Assembly: GCA_003487265.1 (NCBI GenBank)
Contig: DNEP01000010.1
Span: forward strand, 1-60,361
Source of the DNA: Minisyncoccota bacterium
GTDB taxonomy: Bacteria; Patescibacteriota; Microgenomatia; UBA1400; UBA12028
Reading direction: 5' to 3'
DNA: 60,361 nucleotides
Positions 41,260-50,901 of this stretch are shown piece after piece; the stretch's first letter is position 1, and every line of letters begins with the position of its first letter. A program made the position numbers and the translations under genes. A model generated the notes under the pieces. The model was not told where the DNA came from, searched no databases, and saw nothing but the letters and a program-made list of their open reading frames with translations.

Positions 41260-43092
41260 ATGGACATTCGAAATATCGCCATCATCGCGCACGTTGACCA
41301 TGGGAAAACCACACTTGTGGATGCCATGCTTAAACAGACGCACACCTTTCGCGAAAATCAGGCCGAGTTTCAACAGACAACCATTTTGGATAGCAATGAT
41401 CTCGAGCGCGAAAAGGGAATCACCATTCTCGCCAAAAATACCGCCGTTGACTACAAAGATACAAAAATCAACATTATCGATACCCCAGGCCACGCGGACT
41501 TCGGTGGAGAAGTGGAGCGCGTGCTCAACATGGCTGATGGCGCCTTACTTATTGTTGATGCAGCGGAAGGCCCCCTCCCACAAACCCGTTTTGTACTTCA
41601 AAAAGCGCTTGAGTATGGTCTCAAAATCATCTTAGTCATCAATAAAATTGAAAAAAAGCTCGCTGACATTCCAACAACACTCTCTGCAGTCGAAAATCTT
41701 TTTTTGAGCATGGCAAAAACAGCCGATCAGCTTTCCTTCGAAACTATTTACTCGATCGGACGTGAGGGAAAAGCTTGGGATCATATGCCAACTCCAGAAG
41801 AAATGGCAGAACCCACCACGCTTGAACCTCTCTTTGAAAAAATCCTTTCGTATATCCCGACCGCTCGCAACGACGACGGAGCTCCTTTTCAGCTTCTCAT
41901 CTCAACACTTGAACGCAACGCGTATCTTGGAAAACTCTGTATTGGTCGTATTTCTCGCGGAATGGTTCATTCTGGCGATGTTGTCGCGTTACTTAACGCA
42001 AATGGTGACAAAATCGGCTCAAATCGCATTGAAAAATTGTTTATTAGCAAGGGATTGGAAAAAATTCCCGTGGACAGCGCCGTGAGTGGAGACATCGTGG
42101 CAATTGCGGGAATGAAAGAACTTTCGATCGGTCAAACGCTCACCGACCCTCAAACCCCCGAGGCACTTCCCAGCGCCTCCATCACTGAACCAACGCTTAA
42201 GATCACCATTGGGCCGAATACGAGTCCTTTTGCAGGCCGAGAAGGGCAATATGTCACCTCTCGTCAAATCCGCGACCGTCTTCTTCAAGAAAAAGAAACC
42301 AATCTCGGACTTCATTTTGAAGAGCAGCTCGACAGCGTCGGTTTTGTTGTTTCAGGTCGTGGCGAACTTCATTTAGCCGTGTTGATTGAGACCATGCGTC
42401 GAGAAAGTTACGAGCTCGAGGTTTCAAAGCCTCAAGTCATCCTTCGAGAGATCGATGGCGTTACTTGTGAGCCATTTGATGAGGTGACCATCCACGTTCC
42501 CGATGAATTTGCGGGAACAGTCGCGAGTGAGTTTGGAAAGCGCAAAGCATTAATCAACGAGATGACTCCAAACGGTAAAGGTGAAACAAAAATCGTTCTG
42601 GAAATCAGTGAGCGCAATCTGTTGGGTGCGCGAAGCAGTCTGCTCACCGATACTCGTGGAACAGTTCAGATGAGTTCGTTATACCTTGAATACCGACCTC
42701 TGGGATCCTCATTTGATCGCATGCGAAACGGCGTACTCATCGCAAGTGAAACAGGAGAAAGCGGTTCGTTTGGGCTTGAAAATGCCCAAGAGCGAGGAAC
42801 GCTTTTTATTGGTGTAAGCGAAAAAACATATCAAGGTATGATTGTTGGATTAAACTCGCGAGAACAAGATATGTGGGTCAATGTGAACAAGATTAAAGCA
42901 AGCACGAACGTGCGCTCCGCTACAAAAGATATGATGGTGAAGCTCACTCCTCCCACACGATTTTCTCTTGAACAAAGTCTGGATTTCTTAGCTGATGATG
43001 AACTGCTCGAAGTTGTGCCGTCCGCCTTGCGTTTGCGAAAGCGCTGGTTGAATCCAGAAGCCGAGGCGCGTGCAAAAAAAGGGTTGAAATAG
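41260..43092 (+). CDS. typA: translational GTPase TypA/BipA
   Basis: G motifs [14 protein letters not shown] and NKID-like INKIE; 610 aa. Confidence 0.95.
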   Translation: MDIRNIAIIAHVDHGKTTLVDAMLKQTHTFRENQAEFQQTTILDSNDLEREKGITILAKNTAVDYKDTKINIIDTPGHADFGGEVERVLNMADGALLIVDAAEGPLPQTRFVLQKALEYGLKIILVINKIEKKLADIPTTLSAVENLFLSMAKTADQLSFETIYSIGREGKAWDHMPTPEEMAEPTTLEPLFEKILSYIPTARNDDGAPFQLLISTLERNAYLGKLCIGRISRGMVHSGDVVALLNANGDKIGSNRIEKLFISKGLEKIPVDSAVSGDIVAIAGMKELSIGQTLTDPQTPEALPSASITEPTLKITIGPNTSPFAGREGQYVTSRQIRDRLLQEKETNLGLHFEEQLDSVGFVVSGRGELHLAVLIETMRRESYELEVSKPQVILREIDGVTCEPFDEVTIHVPDEFAGTVASEFGKRKALINEMTPNGKGETKIVLEISERNLLGARSSLLTDTRGTVQMSSLYLEYRPLGSSFDRMRNGVLIASETGESGSFGLENAQERGTLFIGVSEKTYQGMIVGLNSREQDMWVNVNKIKASTNVRSATKDMMVKLTPPTRFSLEQSLDFLADDELLEVVPSALRLRKRWLNPEAEARAKKGLK

Positions 43093-43155
43093 CCTCAATC
43101 GTTTAAAAAATACTTGTGTGATCGCATTTTTCATCTCAAGATAGCCTGATTTCTG

Positions 43156-43164
43156 TGGTACAAT
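43156..43164 (+). promoter_or_regulatory. extended -10 (TGgTACAAT) for tRNA-His
   Basis: It ends 9 nt before G-1 of the tRNA. Confidence 0.4.
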
Positions 43165-43173
43165 TTCGATGTT

Positions 43174-43251
43174 GGTGGTAGTAGCTCAGCTGGTTAGAGC
43201 GCCGCCCTGTGGAGGCGGAGGTCGCGGGTTCGAAACCCGTCTACCACCCCA
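43174..43251 (+). tRNA. tRNA-His (anticodon GTG) with encoded G-1 and CCA
   Basis: G-1 followed by GTGGTAG/CTACCAC, anticodon stem CCGCC/GGCGG with loop CT-GTG-GA, T arm GCGGGTTCGAAACCCGT, 3' CCCA. Confidence 0.9.
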
Positions 43252-43547
43252 AAGATAAAATCAAGATTTCACTTTCCTAATGAAGTTGAGATTATGCAAT
43301 TAATCTTCCTGATGTAACCTCAAATACACTACAATTCCAAAAACCATATATTAATATCTTGTTTTCTCTTTCATCTAGACTAGTCTTCGACATATTTCAA
43401 GGTATGGTAACCATCATTTCATTTTGTTATTGTGAAATCTAACTTTAGTAGTGCGATTTCAAGTTCATCGCAGTTATCGGCTAAGCTTGATTTTGTAGCA
43501 ATAAGATAGTCCTTCAAAAGTTTCAATGATTCTTGCTGTTTTTCAAG

Positions 43548-44198
43548 TCAGTAGGAGTTTACTTGTTTTTCAAAAAGAATTGGAACAATTCTACTTAAAA
43601 AGTAGAGCCAAAATATCGAGACCTGTGCTGAATATGAAAACATTTCCTCATTGATTTGACAGCCGTATTCAATAGATGAAAGCTCCTTGCTATTCGCTTT
43701 TCTCAATGTTTCTATGACTTTTAGTTTATTGCCATGAGTAAATGAGGATGGCACATTGTAAATATCGTTTAGAAATAGAAGCCCCAACTGGTTGTGAAAT
43801 GACTGCAAACTAGAACTCTGGACAATTCTCATAAGTCTTTGTGGTTTATGTCTGAGTGCTAATGCTCGAACTGCTGCATCATGTACTCTTCGTAATGTGT
43901 TTATTGATTCCGACTGATATCCATTTAGATTATCCAGAAAGGCAGGTCGCAGTGAAGTCATTGCTTCTGAAAAGTATGCCGCAATAATTCCGTATGAACG
44001 ATCCAAATTTGTATGTTTTATAGCTAAAGACAAAAAATAGTAACCATACTCCCAAACTGTTACATAAACTTTGAATTTTCCATATAAAGCAGTTTTACAT
44101 TCGCTTTCAGCATCATAAAGAAAAAGATTTGCCTCATAAGCAGCTTGTAAGTTTATCAAATAGGAATGAGGATCAAAAATCTGATCAGGTTCTGTCAT
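43548..44198 (-). CDS. orphan all-helical protein (216 aa)
   Basis: AT-rich ORF with TATAAT (44206-44211 on the complement) 7 nt before its ATG. It ends at a TGA that is followed in frame by 43 more open codons. Confidence 0.6.
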   Translation of the reverse strand: MTEPDQIFDPHSYLINLQAAYEANLFLYDAESECKTALYGKFKVYVTVWEYGYYFLSLAIKHTNLDRSYGIIAAYFSEAMTSLRPAFLDNLNGYQSESINTLRRVHDAAVRALALRHKPQRLMRIVQSSSLQSFHNQLGLLFLNDIYNVPSSFTHGNKLKVIETLRKANSKELSSIEYGCQINEEMFSYSAQVSIFWLYFLSRIVPILFEKQVNSY

Positions 44199-44412
44199 TT
44201 ACTGAATTATAGATCAAAAGTTTTCGAATTGATGATCACTTGTAAATCAAGAAGTCGCTGCTGTAAAATCTATTTCAGAATAAATGTATTGCTTGAATGA
44301 CTCAATACCAAAGTTCTCAGAATGAACTTGCCAACTAGGTTGCAAAGTGCATCGCAGGTGCTTAAAAAGAGATATAAAAGTGGCACTTCAGTTCTTCTAC
44401 ATGATTAATCTC

Positions 44413-45918
44413 TTAATGCACCCCCTGCGATTTCATTCCCAACGCGGTTTTCTGCCTCAGTGGGGAGGGGTTTAGCGCGTGATACTCTTCTAGCGACCCC
44501 ACCGCGCGAAAAACAAATGACAAAATAATATCCTCAGTAAGATTGAAAACATGAAAAGGAATTGTTGGTACACTGTAGGGCAAAAACAACATATCGGCGC
44601 TACGCGTCTCGCCTTCAACAAACGACGGCAATCCAAAAGGCAACATCTTTCCATCTAAATATTTTGTCCGCGCGGACGCTTCACCCACATACGGCTTAAA
44701 AAACTTGCCCCGTTGATCCACGCAGTACTGCATTCCACCGGGGGATTCAATCGTACCGCCACCAACAATCCGTGACACGCCAATCGCGGTCGCTCCGACT
44801 GCCAAGGTCGTCGCAATATGATCGCTTGCACCTCCCTCAACAATAACCGGTAACCTCGTTTCACCACGCAACTTCCAAACAAGTTCGGGCCAGTCGATCA
44901 CCGAACCACTGCGCACCCCCGTGATACATCTCCCACCGCCTCCAATTCCAACATATAATCCATCGGCGCCTGCGCGTTCCAAATCGCGCGCTTGATCAAC
45001 CGAAACAATCTGTCCGACAAAAATCTCAACATCATCACCAAATTCTTTCCTCATACGCCCAAGCGTATGAAGAGCACCCAATCCGGGTTCGGGCGAATAA
45101 ATGCGAAATGCGCGAACGCCTACATCAAAAAGTGCATGTGCGCGTTGCAACGCTCGGTCTGGCTCGACTTCGAGCACCCCCATAACATTATGTTTCCACT
45201 GATCAAGTAAAAACGTTTGCTCTTTGGACGAACGACCAATCAATACTTCACTTTCTTCCAATGCTTTCCACGTCTCCTTTACCAAATCCGTCTGCCGTTT
45301 AACCTCGGAGAACGGTCCATTTCGAGGTACTCCCACCAAACAATGGCACTGAGCCATGGTTGAGATAGCCGAGACACTTCCATAGATATCGGGCATCGCG
45401 GATCCAACGAGCAACGCGCGCGCGCGTTTTCCCAACTTTACAAACGGACCATGCAAAAAGCGCGCGGTGCGAGAGACACGCTCACGATCGGAACCTACGA
45501 CGGAAACACCTAAATCCTCGATCGAAGCGGCAAGCCCACGAGAACTGATCATGCTCATCACATCACTTGAAACTTGCGGAGGTGGCACAAACGCGGTATT
45601 TTGAACACGCTGTAAATATTTCATTCGTTCTGGATGGTTAAAAAGTTCCAAAAAGTACTGTCGCGTGCGAAGATATCGAACCATCTCATCTGGTTCGATC
45701 ATCGCTTTGTGCACATATGGCAAAAAATCAAACGGTGTTGTGAGCATTCCTTGACTTGGATACGCATGTTCGTTTTCACGGCTTTCTAAATACCAAAACT
45801 TCAAATACGCAGACATATCGGTTTCAAAGGGAGCAAGTTTTTGTGCAATAAAGTTCTCCCACACATCAACATCTCGAAAACTTGAAAATGATGGGATTGC
45901 AAGTGATGTTTGTTTCAT
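44413..45918 (-). CDS. IMP dehydrogenase/GMP reductase family protein (divergent)
   Basis: TIM-barrel signature ADGLYVGIGGGGRCITGVRSG (Cys loop), IVEGGASDH and VEGETRS. The N-terminal ~230 aa are atypical. The track start is TTG 45924; ATG 45918 is preferred. Confidence 0.6.
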   Translation of the reverse strand: MKQTSLAIPSFSSFRDVDVWENFIAQKLAPFETDMSAYLKFWYLESRENEHAYPSQGMLTTPFDFLPYVHKAMIEPDEMVRYLRTRQYFLELFNHPERMKYLQRVQNTAFVPPPQVSSDVMSMISSRGLAASIEDLGVSVVGSDRERVSRTARFLHGPFVKLGKRARALLVGSAMPDIYGSVSAISTMAQCHCLVGVPRNGPFSEVKRQTDLVKETWKALEESEVLIGRSSKEQTFLLDQWKHNVMGVLEVEPDRALQRAHALFDVGVRAFRIYSPEPGLGALHTLGRMRKEFGDDVEIFVGQIVSVDQARDLERAGADGLYVGIGGGGRCITGVRSGSVIDWPELVWKLRGETRLPVIVEGGASDHIATTLAVGATAIGVSRIVGGGTIESPGGMQYCVDQRGKFFKPYVGEASARTKYLDGKMLPFGLPSFVEGETRSADMLFLPYSVPTIPFHVFNLTEDIILSFVFRAVGSLEEYHALNPSPLRQKTALGMKSQGVH

Positions 45919-45997
45919 GAACAATTGAAGTGTATCATATGTTATGCATTTGAAATAAGACGTTGCGAGTAATAATGGTAATCTAGAAAGGGTGAAT

Positions 45998-46189
45998 ATG
46001 ACAGTAATTGAAAGAGTTGAAACAAACCAAATCTTTGCTCAGATGGATCAACAATTTTCAGCCTTATTAGCATCAGAAGGTAATTATAAAAAGGCTATGA
46101 ATGCAATGGGTAGATATGGTTACTCATTGTCTACAATTGAGGCTTGGTTCGAATGGAGACGTGCCTCTCGCCCCCACGTCACTTCCTAA
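45998..46189 (+). CDS. small hypothetical protein
   Basis: Track ORF 45992 (GTG) trimmed to ATG 45998, which follows AAAGGGTG. Confidence 0.4.
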   Translation: MTVIERVETNQIFAQMDQQFSALLASEGNYKKAMNAMGRYGYSLSTIEAWFEWRRASRPHVTS

Positions 46190-46201
46190 TCTAATCATTC
46201 C

Positions 46202-46498
46202 ATGCCTGTAAAATATAAACAAACCATCGATCAAGTTTATGAAGCGCACAAGCAACTCTTTATTGCGTTCAAGATTTTGCATGACATCTACGCAAAGGAT
46301 AAAAAAAAGAATCAGCAAGCATTTAACGAACAAGGCTCGCAAGTTTTAGAAATCCTTCGAGAAGCAGAACGAAAGTTGTGTCATGGGATGGAGCGGGGAA
46401 AGTACGCGTCATTTTCTGCTCAACTCGCCTCAAAGTTTTGGGATGAAGTGAAAAAAACCTATCCTCTGATTGATTTTGTTGGCGCAATCATCGAATAA
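46202..46498 (+). CDS. small hypothetical helical protein
   Basis: 98-aa ORF with no recognisable motif. Confidence 0.45.
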   Translation: MPVKYKQTIDQVYEAHKQLFIAFKILHDIYAKDKKKNQQAFNEQGSQVLEILREAERKLCHGMERGKYASFSAQLASKFWDEVKKTYPLIDFVGAIIE

Positions 46499-46545
46499 CT
46501 TTTAACCTCAATCGCACGGTAGTATGAACATGCTAGAATGCGGTG

Positions 46546-47832
46546 ATGCAACGGTTTACGGCTTTTAGCAATCAAATTAAACATCTCTTATTGGTCAACA
46601 CCTCAACAAAACAAACGCTTGTTAAAAATTCATTTTGGCTCGCGCTTATTGAGATTGTTTCAAAAGTCCTGTTGTTCATCATTACCATTTCCATTGTTCG
46701 ATATCTTGGTGCCAGCGAGTTTGGTCGCTATAACTACGCGCTCTCGTTTGTTGGAATCGCGATGATTATTTCTGATCTGGGAGTGAGCACCATCCTCACC
46801 CGAGAAATTGCGAAAAATAAAGCACTCGCGAGTCGGTATTTAGCCGACGCCACCGTGGTAAAAGGGGTGACCGCAGTCGTCATCATGTTCGCGCTAGTTA
46901 TCATTTTGCCCTTATTTGACGCAACTCGCGAAGACCCCGCATTGTTTTTACTCACAGGTTTGTACTTGCTTGCGCAAGGCATGATCAATATTTATACATC
47001 TGTTCTTGCCGCGCTCGAGCGCATGGAACATCTGTTTATCATTCGTGTTGCTCAATACGGACTCATGTTTAGTAGTGCGTTTCTTGTTATCTTTCTTCAT
47101 CTTCAACTTGATCAACTCATGTTGCTTTACACACTCTCAGCGACACTAGCGATGGGTATTTCTGCAGTACTCGTGAAATCTCAAGGCGTCGCATTGATCG
47201 AAAAACCTACAATGCCATCACTGATCATGATGCTGAAAGAGGCGCTGCCTATTTTCGGCATGTTGGCGATCACCCAGGTGTACGCAAATCTTGACACTGT
47301 TTTGATTCGACAGTTTTTTGGAAACGAAGAAGTCGGGTTGTATCACGCGGGATACAAAATCCTATTTGCTCTGCAAGCGATCACCTTTATCAGCACCGCC
47401 ACTTCACCAAGAATCTCTGCATTTTGGCACACCGGTGAAATGGAAAAACTGCGAAAACTTGCTCGAGTGGTGTTGCAGTGGAGCATTCTCGGTCTCACTC
47501 CAATTGTGTTGCTTTTTCTCTTTGGAAGTAATGCCATTGTCACCACAATTTACGGATCACAATATCATGCCTCTGCCCCAGCGCTTACATTTTTGGGACT
47601 TGCTGGTGTTCTCATGTACTTCCGATACTTTTTTGGAAACTTTTTTGTTGCGAGTGGAAACCAAAAAACATTGTTTTTTATTTATGCTCTTGGGCTTGTT
47701 GTAAATGTAAGCCTAAACCTGCTCTTTCTTTATCAATACGGATTTGTTTTTGCCGCGTTTTCATTATGTGTATCGGAAATATGCATGGTCACACTGAGCG
47801 GAAATAAGCTAAGGAAAATCCTTCAGCAATAA
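46546..47832 (+). CDS. MOP-superfamily polysaccharide/oligosaccharide flippase (Wzx-like)
   Basis: About 12-14 TM helices with a typical Wzx-like N-terminus (LVKNSFWLALIEIVSKVL...). TGcTAGAAT (46531-46539) lies 6 nt before ATG 46546. Confidence 0.65.
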   Translation: MQRFTAFSNQIKHLLLVNTSTKQTLVKNSFWLALIEIVSKVLLFIITISIVRYLGASEFGRYNYALSFVGIAMIISDLGVSTILTREIAKNKALASRYLADATVVKGVTAVVIMFALVIILPLFDATREDPALFLLTGLYLLAQGMINIYTSVLAALERMEHLFIIRVAQYGLMFSSAFLVIFLHLQLDQLMLLYTLSATLAMGISAVLVKSQGVALIEKPTMPSLIMMLKEALPIFGMLAITQVYANLDTVLIRQFFGNEEVGLYHAGYKILFALQAITFISTATSPRISAFWHTGEMEKLRKLARVVLQWSILGLTPIVLLFLFGSNAIVTTIYGSQYHASAPALTFLGLAGVLMYFRYFFGNFFVASGNQKTLFFIYALGLVVNVSLNLLFLYQYGFVFAAFSLCVSEICMVTLSGNKLRKILQQ

Positions 47833-47837
47833 CGCGA

Positions 47838-48518
47838 TCACCCCGCACCACCTCCACCGCCGCCACCACCTCCACCACCGCCTCCAGAAGAACCGCCACT
47901 ACTTCCAGCCCCAGAAGCGCCGAATCCACTACTCATAGACTGATTCAAACCAGAAAATGCCGACGCGATTTCTCCAAAACTCGATCCCAAGCTCGAAACG
48001 CCATCAACTCCCATTGCGCTTGCGTTAAGATTATTCGCTCCTCCCCAATATGTCACCCCATTTTCAGTAGCGGGAAATGCGATTGGGAGTTGAAAAAGCG
48101 TTTTCGCCGAAACACCTAACGCCGTTCCGTAAATCAAAAACTTTTCCCAAATCAACAATGAGTCAATAGGTGACTGAACAGTTGAGCGATAATCAATCAA
48201 ATGTTTTTTAAACTGCAACCATTTCACAGCCTCGGTATATCCAAGTTCAGTGCGTTTTTCACCATTACTATAAAATAGCATTGAGCAAAGAAGGGAGAAC
48301 AGTCCAAGAAGGAACTGTAATGCGACAGGAACATCGATTAGCCATTGATTAAAATATGGTGTTACAAATTTCGACACCATGATCGAAGAAAAAATAAGAT
48401 TCAAGATACCCAGAATAAAGATCGCGACAAATTTGAGCGACAAACTCATCTTATTTGTATGCGCAACCTGTGATAAAAATGCCTCACTCACATTCTGCTT
48501 CAACGTTTGATAACTCAC
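47838..48518 (-). CDS. DUF2207-family C-terminal part (TM helices plus poly-Gly tail)
   Basis: In the same frame as ORF 48555..49862 and separated from it only by a TGA plus 12 codons. It ends in ...GSSGGSSGGGGGGGGGGGGGAG. Confidence 0.6.
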   Translation of the reverse strand: MSYQTLKQNVSEAFLSQVAHTNKMSLSLKFVAIFILGILNLIFSSIMVSKFVTPYFNQWLIDVPVALQFLLGLFSLLCSMLFYSNGEKRTELGYTEAVKWLQFKKHLIDYRSTVQSPIDSLLIWEKFLIYGTALGVSAKTLFQLPIAFPATENGVTYWGGANNLNASAMGVDGVSSLGSSFGEIASAFSGLNQSMSSGFGASGAGSSGGSSGGGGGGGGGGGGGAG

Positions 48519-48554
48519 CGAATCAAAAAAAGCTTTTGCAGAAATCGCATTCGA

Positions 48555-49862
48555 TCAAATCCAATTGCCCATTGAAGCGATAGGAATAACAAGCAATGAT
48601 TTTCCACCCAATGTTTTTTGTTCTTTTGTAAATCGGTCTAAAAATGCGTAAACTTCATGTGAAAGAGAAGGAATTTCCTTACGAAAACCACCATTCTCGT
48701 CCATATTCCCTAGTAACTCGAGATAATACCGATATTTTGGAAATAGCAATCCTTCTTTTGAATCACTGCGGTGCAACTTTATTGCTCGAAGTTGGATCAA
48801 CTGCAAAATGGCAGCAGAAATCGCCCGCGGACGAACCTTTGTACCGGTTGAAAGTAGCATATCCAGTTGAAGTGGATGAAGTGAACTGGGAGGCTCCCAT
48901 TGCCCCTCGCTTGAAAGAAAAAAATGGGGAAGAGATCGATCTTTGTGTGTGGTGAAAAAAGAGAAAAGCAGATAGATGAAAAAAGCAACCGCGACAGAAA
49001 AAGAAACCCATTCAAAAATCCACACCACCCGAAGAACATCGCCATTCTTTTGTAGTTTTTCTTGCGTTTCCTTGATAAACTTTTCTTCTTGTTTCACGAT
49101 TTGCGCTTTCGACCCCGATCCTTGAACCGATGTCCGAAGGATTCCTGTCGGCCAAATAACACGGCCCTCCCAAAACTGTCCACTGGGGAGTTCGGGAACA
49201 ATAAACGCAATCTTAAATTGTGAATCAGAGATACTCACTCGACCTGAAAGTGGGCCATGCGCCCAAGCCTGAATATTTCCATACTGCACATCCTGAGGAA
49301 ATGATAGCGTCGCGCTCACGTTTTTATGCGCAAGATCCCACTCAGAGCCAATCCACTGCCAATACAACTCGTCAACATCAGACTGCGTTGTTACAGCATT
49401 CAACACGCGATAGGAAATGGTGTAGGTGTTTGTTGTGCTCGTTGCTCGAAAATGCCACTGCAAACGAATTTTGTCTTTCGATGGAATTACAACATAGGTA
49501 TGGTCTGGATTCGAACGCGGGTCGGATGCGTTTGCCTCCTTCAGCGAAAGCTCTCGAAAGCATATTGCACCCTCGCACACGCGAAAATCGGCGATATCGT
49601 AGGGAGCTGTGCGCATCGGAGACACCGCTTGATCTGAATGTACCAAGAAGTCGCGGTACGCAAAACGATAGTCACCATGAAAATCATAGGTTCGCTCCTC
49701 CACAACTTGCATACTTCCATCATGAAATAGCTCTGCCCGAATAGTGGTTTTTGGCAATGCGTACCACTTGTCGGAAGAATCGGCGGACACATGTACTGTG
49801 GGGAATAAGTACGCAAAAAGGCCAATCGTCAGAATAGAGATACGCAAAAAACGTCGCGACAT
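48555..49862 (-). CDS. DUF2207-family N-terminal part (signal/TM plus extracytoplasmic domain)
   Basis: Start trimmed to ATG 49862 (MSRRFLRISILTIG...), 6 nt after TATACT. The segment TIRAELFHDGSMQVVEERTYDFHGDYRFAYRD is DUF2207-like. Confidence 0.6.
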   Translation of the reverse strand: MSRRFLRISILTIGLFAYLFPTVHVSADSSDKWYALPKTTIRAELFHDGSMQVVEERTYDFHGDYRFAYRDFLVHSDQAVSPMRTAPYDIADFRVCEGAICFRELSLKEANASDPRSNPDHTYVVIPSKDKIRLQWHFRATSTTNTYTISYRVLNAVTTQSDVDELYWQWIGSEWDLAHKNVSATLSFPQDVQYGNIQAWAHGPLSGRVSISDSQFKIAFIVPELPSGQFWEGRVIWPTGILRTSVQGSGSKAQIVKQEEKFIKETQEKLQKNGDVLRVVWIFEWVSFSVAVAFFIYLLFSFFTTHKDRSLPHFFLSSEGQWEPPSSLHPLQLDMLLSTGTKVRPRAISAAILQLIQLRAIKLHRSDSKEGLLFPKYRYYLELLGNMDENGGFRKEIPSLSHEVYAFLDRFTKEQKTLGGKSLLVIPIASMGNWI

Positions 49863-49948
49863 GAAGATAGTATACCGCTCAACAATGGGAAACACATCTC
49901 TCGTATTTCAAATTGAAATGGATAAGTATTCTGGTATATTATGTGGAT

Positions 49949-50056
49949 ATGGCAAGAATTGAAAAAACCCTTCAATACAATCATGATCAAACTGATCCTT
50001 TGGGACATCTTATGCAGATATTGATGGGATTCATTAAAAGTTTTCTGAAAATATAG
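49949..50056 (+). CDS. candidate 35-aa small protein
   Basis: TGgTATATT (49932-49940) lies 8 nt upstream of the ATG. The product reads MARIEKTLQYNHDQTDPLGHLMQILMGFIKSFLKI. There is no other support. Confidence 0.2.
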   Translation: MARIEKTLQYNHDQTDPLGHLMQILMGFIKSFLKI

Positions 50057-50068
50057 TGATTCGTGTCG

Positions 50069-50644
50069 TTATCGTGAAGTTCTCGGTTTTACCTCAGAAA
50101 CTTCATTTAATCCTTTTAGAATTTTTTGACACCATGTTGCTTTTTCTGAATCGTTTTGCACCGAATAATACGTAAAATCAGAAATAAGTGCCTCCATAAT
50201 GATATGACGCATGCGAATATTCACAGGTAATTCTTCTGCATTTTTTTTGAATATCGGATTGACCGCGTTTCCATTTGTCGAATCCCAAACCTCTTTAAAC
50301 AATCCCGTTGGGGCTGCATCATTGTTTTCTGTGTCATCAGTAAAATACCCTCTATGAAATAGGCTCAGCAACAAATGGGATTTTTTTCCATTGAATCGTG
50401 CTCCTTTTATTTTCTCCCACAATGATTCAAAAAGAGCCATTCCTGTTAATTGAGGATTTGATTTCTGCAGTTCAGATACCAACCCAACCATTTCACTGAC
50501 AAGATTGCTATAGTCATGCCAATCGTAATTTGGAAAAGCGCTCACATGAGCAATATTTGTATCAGAATGTCGATTAAATTCCTGCACGAATACAGCAAGA
50601 CTTAAATCGTATTGTACTTCACCATGTGTTTCAACGTCGATCAT
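50069..50644 (-). CDS. orphan protein (191 aa)
   Basis: AT-rich ORF with an SD-like GAAAGG upstream. Confidence 0.6.
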   Translation of the reverse strand: MIDVETHGEVQYDLSLAVFVQEFNRHSDTNIAHVSAFPNYDWHDYSNLVSEMVGLVSELQKSNPQLTGMALFESLWEKIKGARFNGKKSHLLLSLFHRGYFTDDTENNDAAPTGLFKEVWDSTNGNAVNPIFKKNAEELPVNIRMRHIIMEALISDFTYYSVQNDSEKATWCQKILKGLNEVSEVKPRTSR

Positions 50645-50676
50645 CTATACCTTTCGTATGTCTGAATGAACAAGAG

Positions 50677-50704
50677 ACGGTACTTTGCTCGAACCTATTT
50701 AGCC
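50677..50704. repeat. 28-bp imperfect direct repeat, copy 1
   Basis: ACGGTACTTTGCTCGAACCTATTTAGCC; 24/28 identical to copy 2. Confidence 0.6.
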
Positions 50705-50901
50705 TTAAACTTTTTCTTCTTTGTGTCAGGTAGAAAATTTTCTCCAGTTACCACAGATCTTCCTGTTTTTGCTTCTAACGCTTTTCTCGCATCTTTGGCT
50801 ATCTTACCCCCTTTCCTAGCTGGAGTTTTATTTTTCTTCCAATCCACTCGTTTGTGCGTGTTCGGCAATTTGCCGAGTCGACAGTTCAGCCAAGGCAGCA
50901 A
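50695..50901 (-). pseudogene. C-terminal fragment of the Bro-N/DinD-like gene (shifted frame)
   Basis: From codon ...NKTPARKGGKIAKDARKALEAKTGRSVVTGENFL it matches the usual C-terminus of DinD-like proteins. It is reached from the upstream ORF by removing one A. Confidence 0.55.

Noticed and set aside
47841-47905. GC-rich CCN/GGN simple repeat that looked like a structural repeat or G-quadruplex
   Set aside because: It is simply the coding sequence of the poly-Gly/Ser C-terminal tail typical of DUF2207 proteins.
48519-48557. Selenocysteine at the in-frame TGA of the DUF2207 gene
   Set aside because: I could see no obvious SECIS-like hairpin immediately downstream. DUF2207 is not a known selenoprotein family, and no sel genes are in the window.
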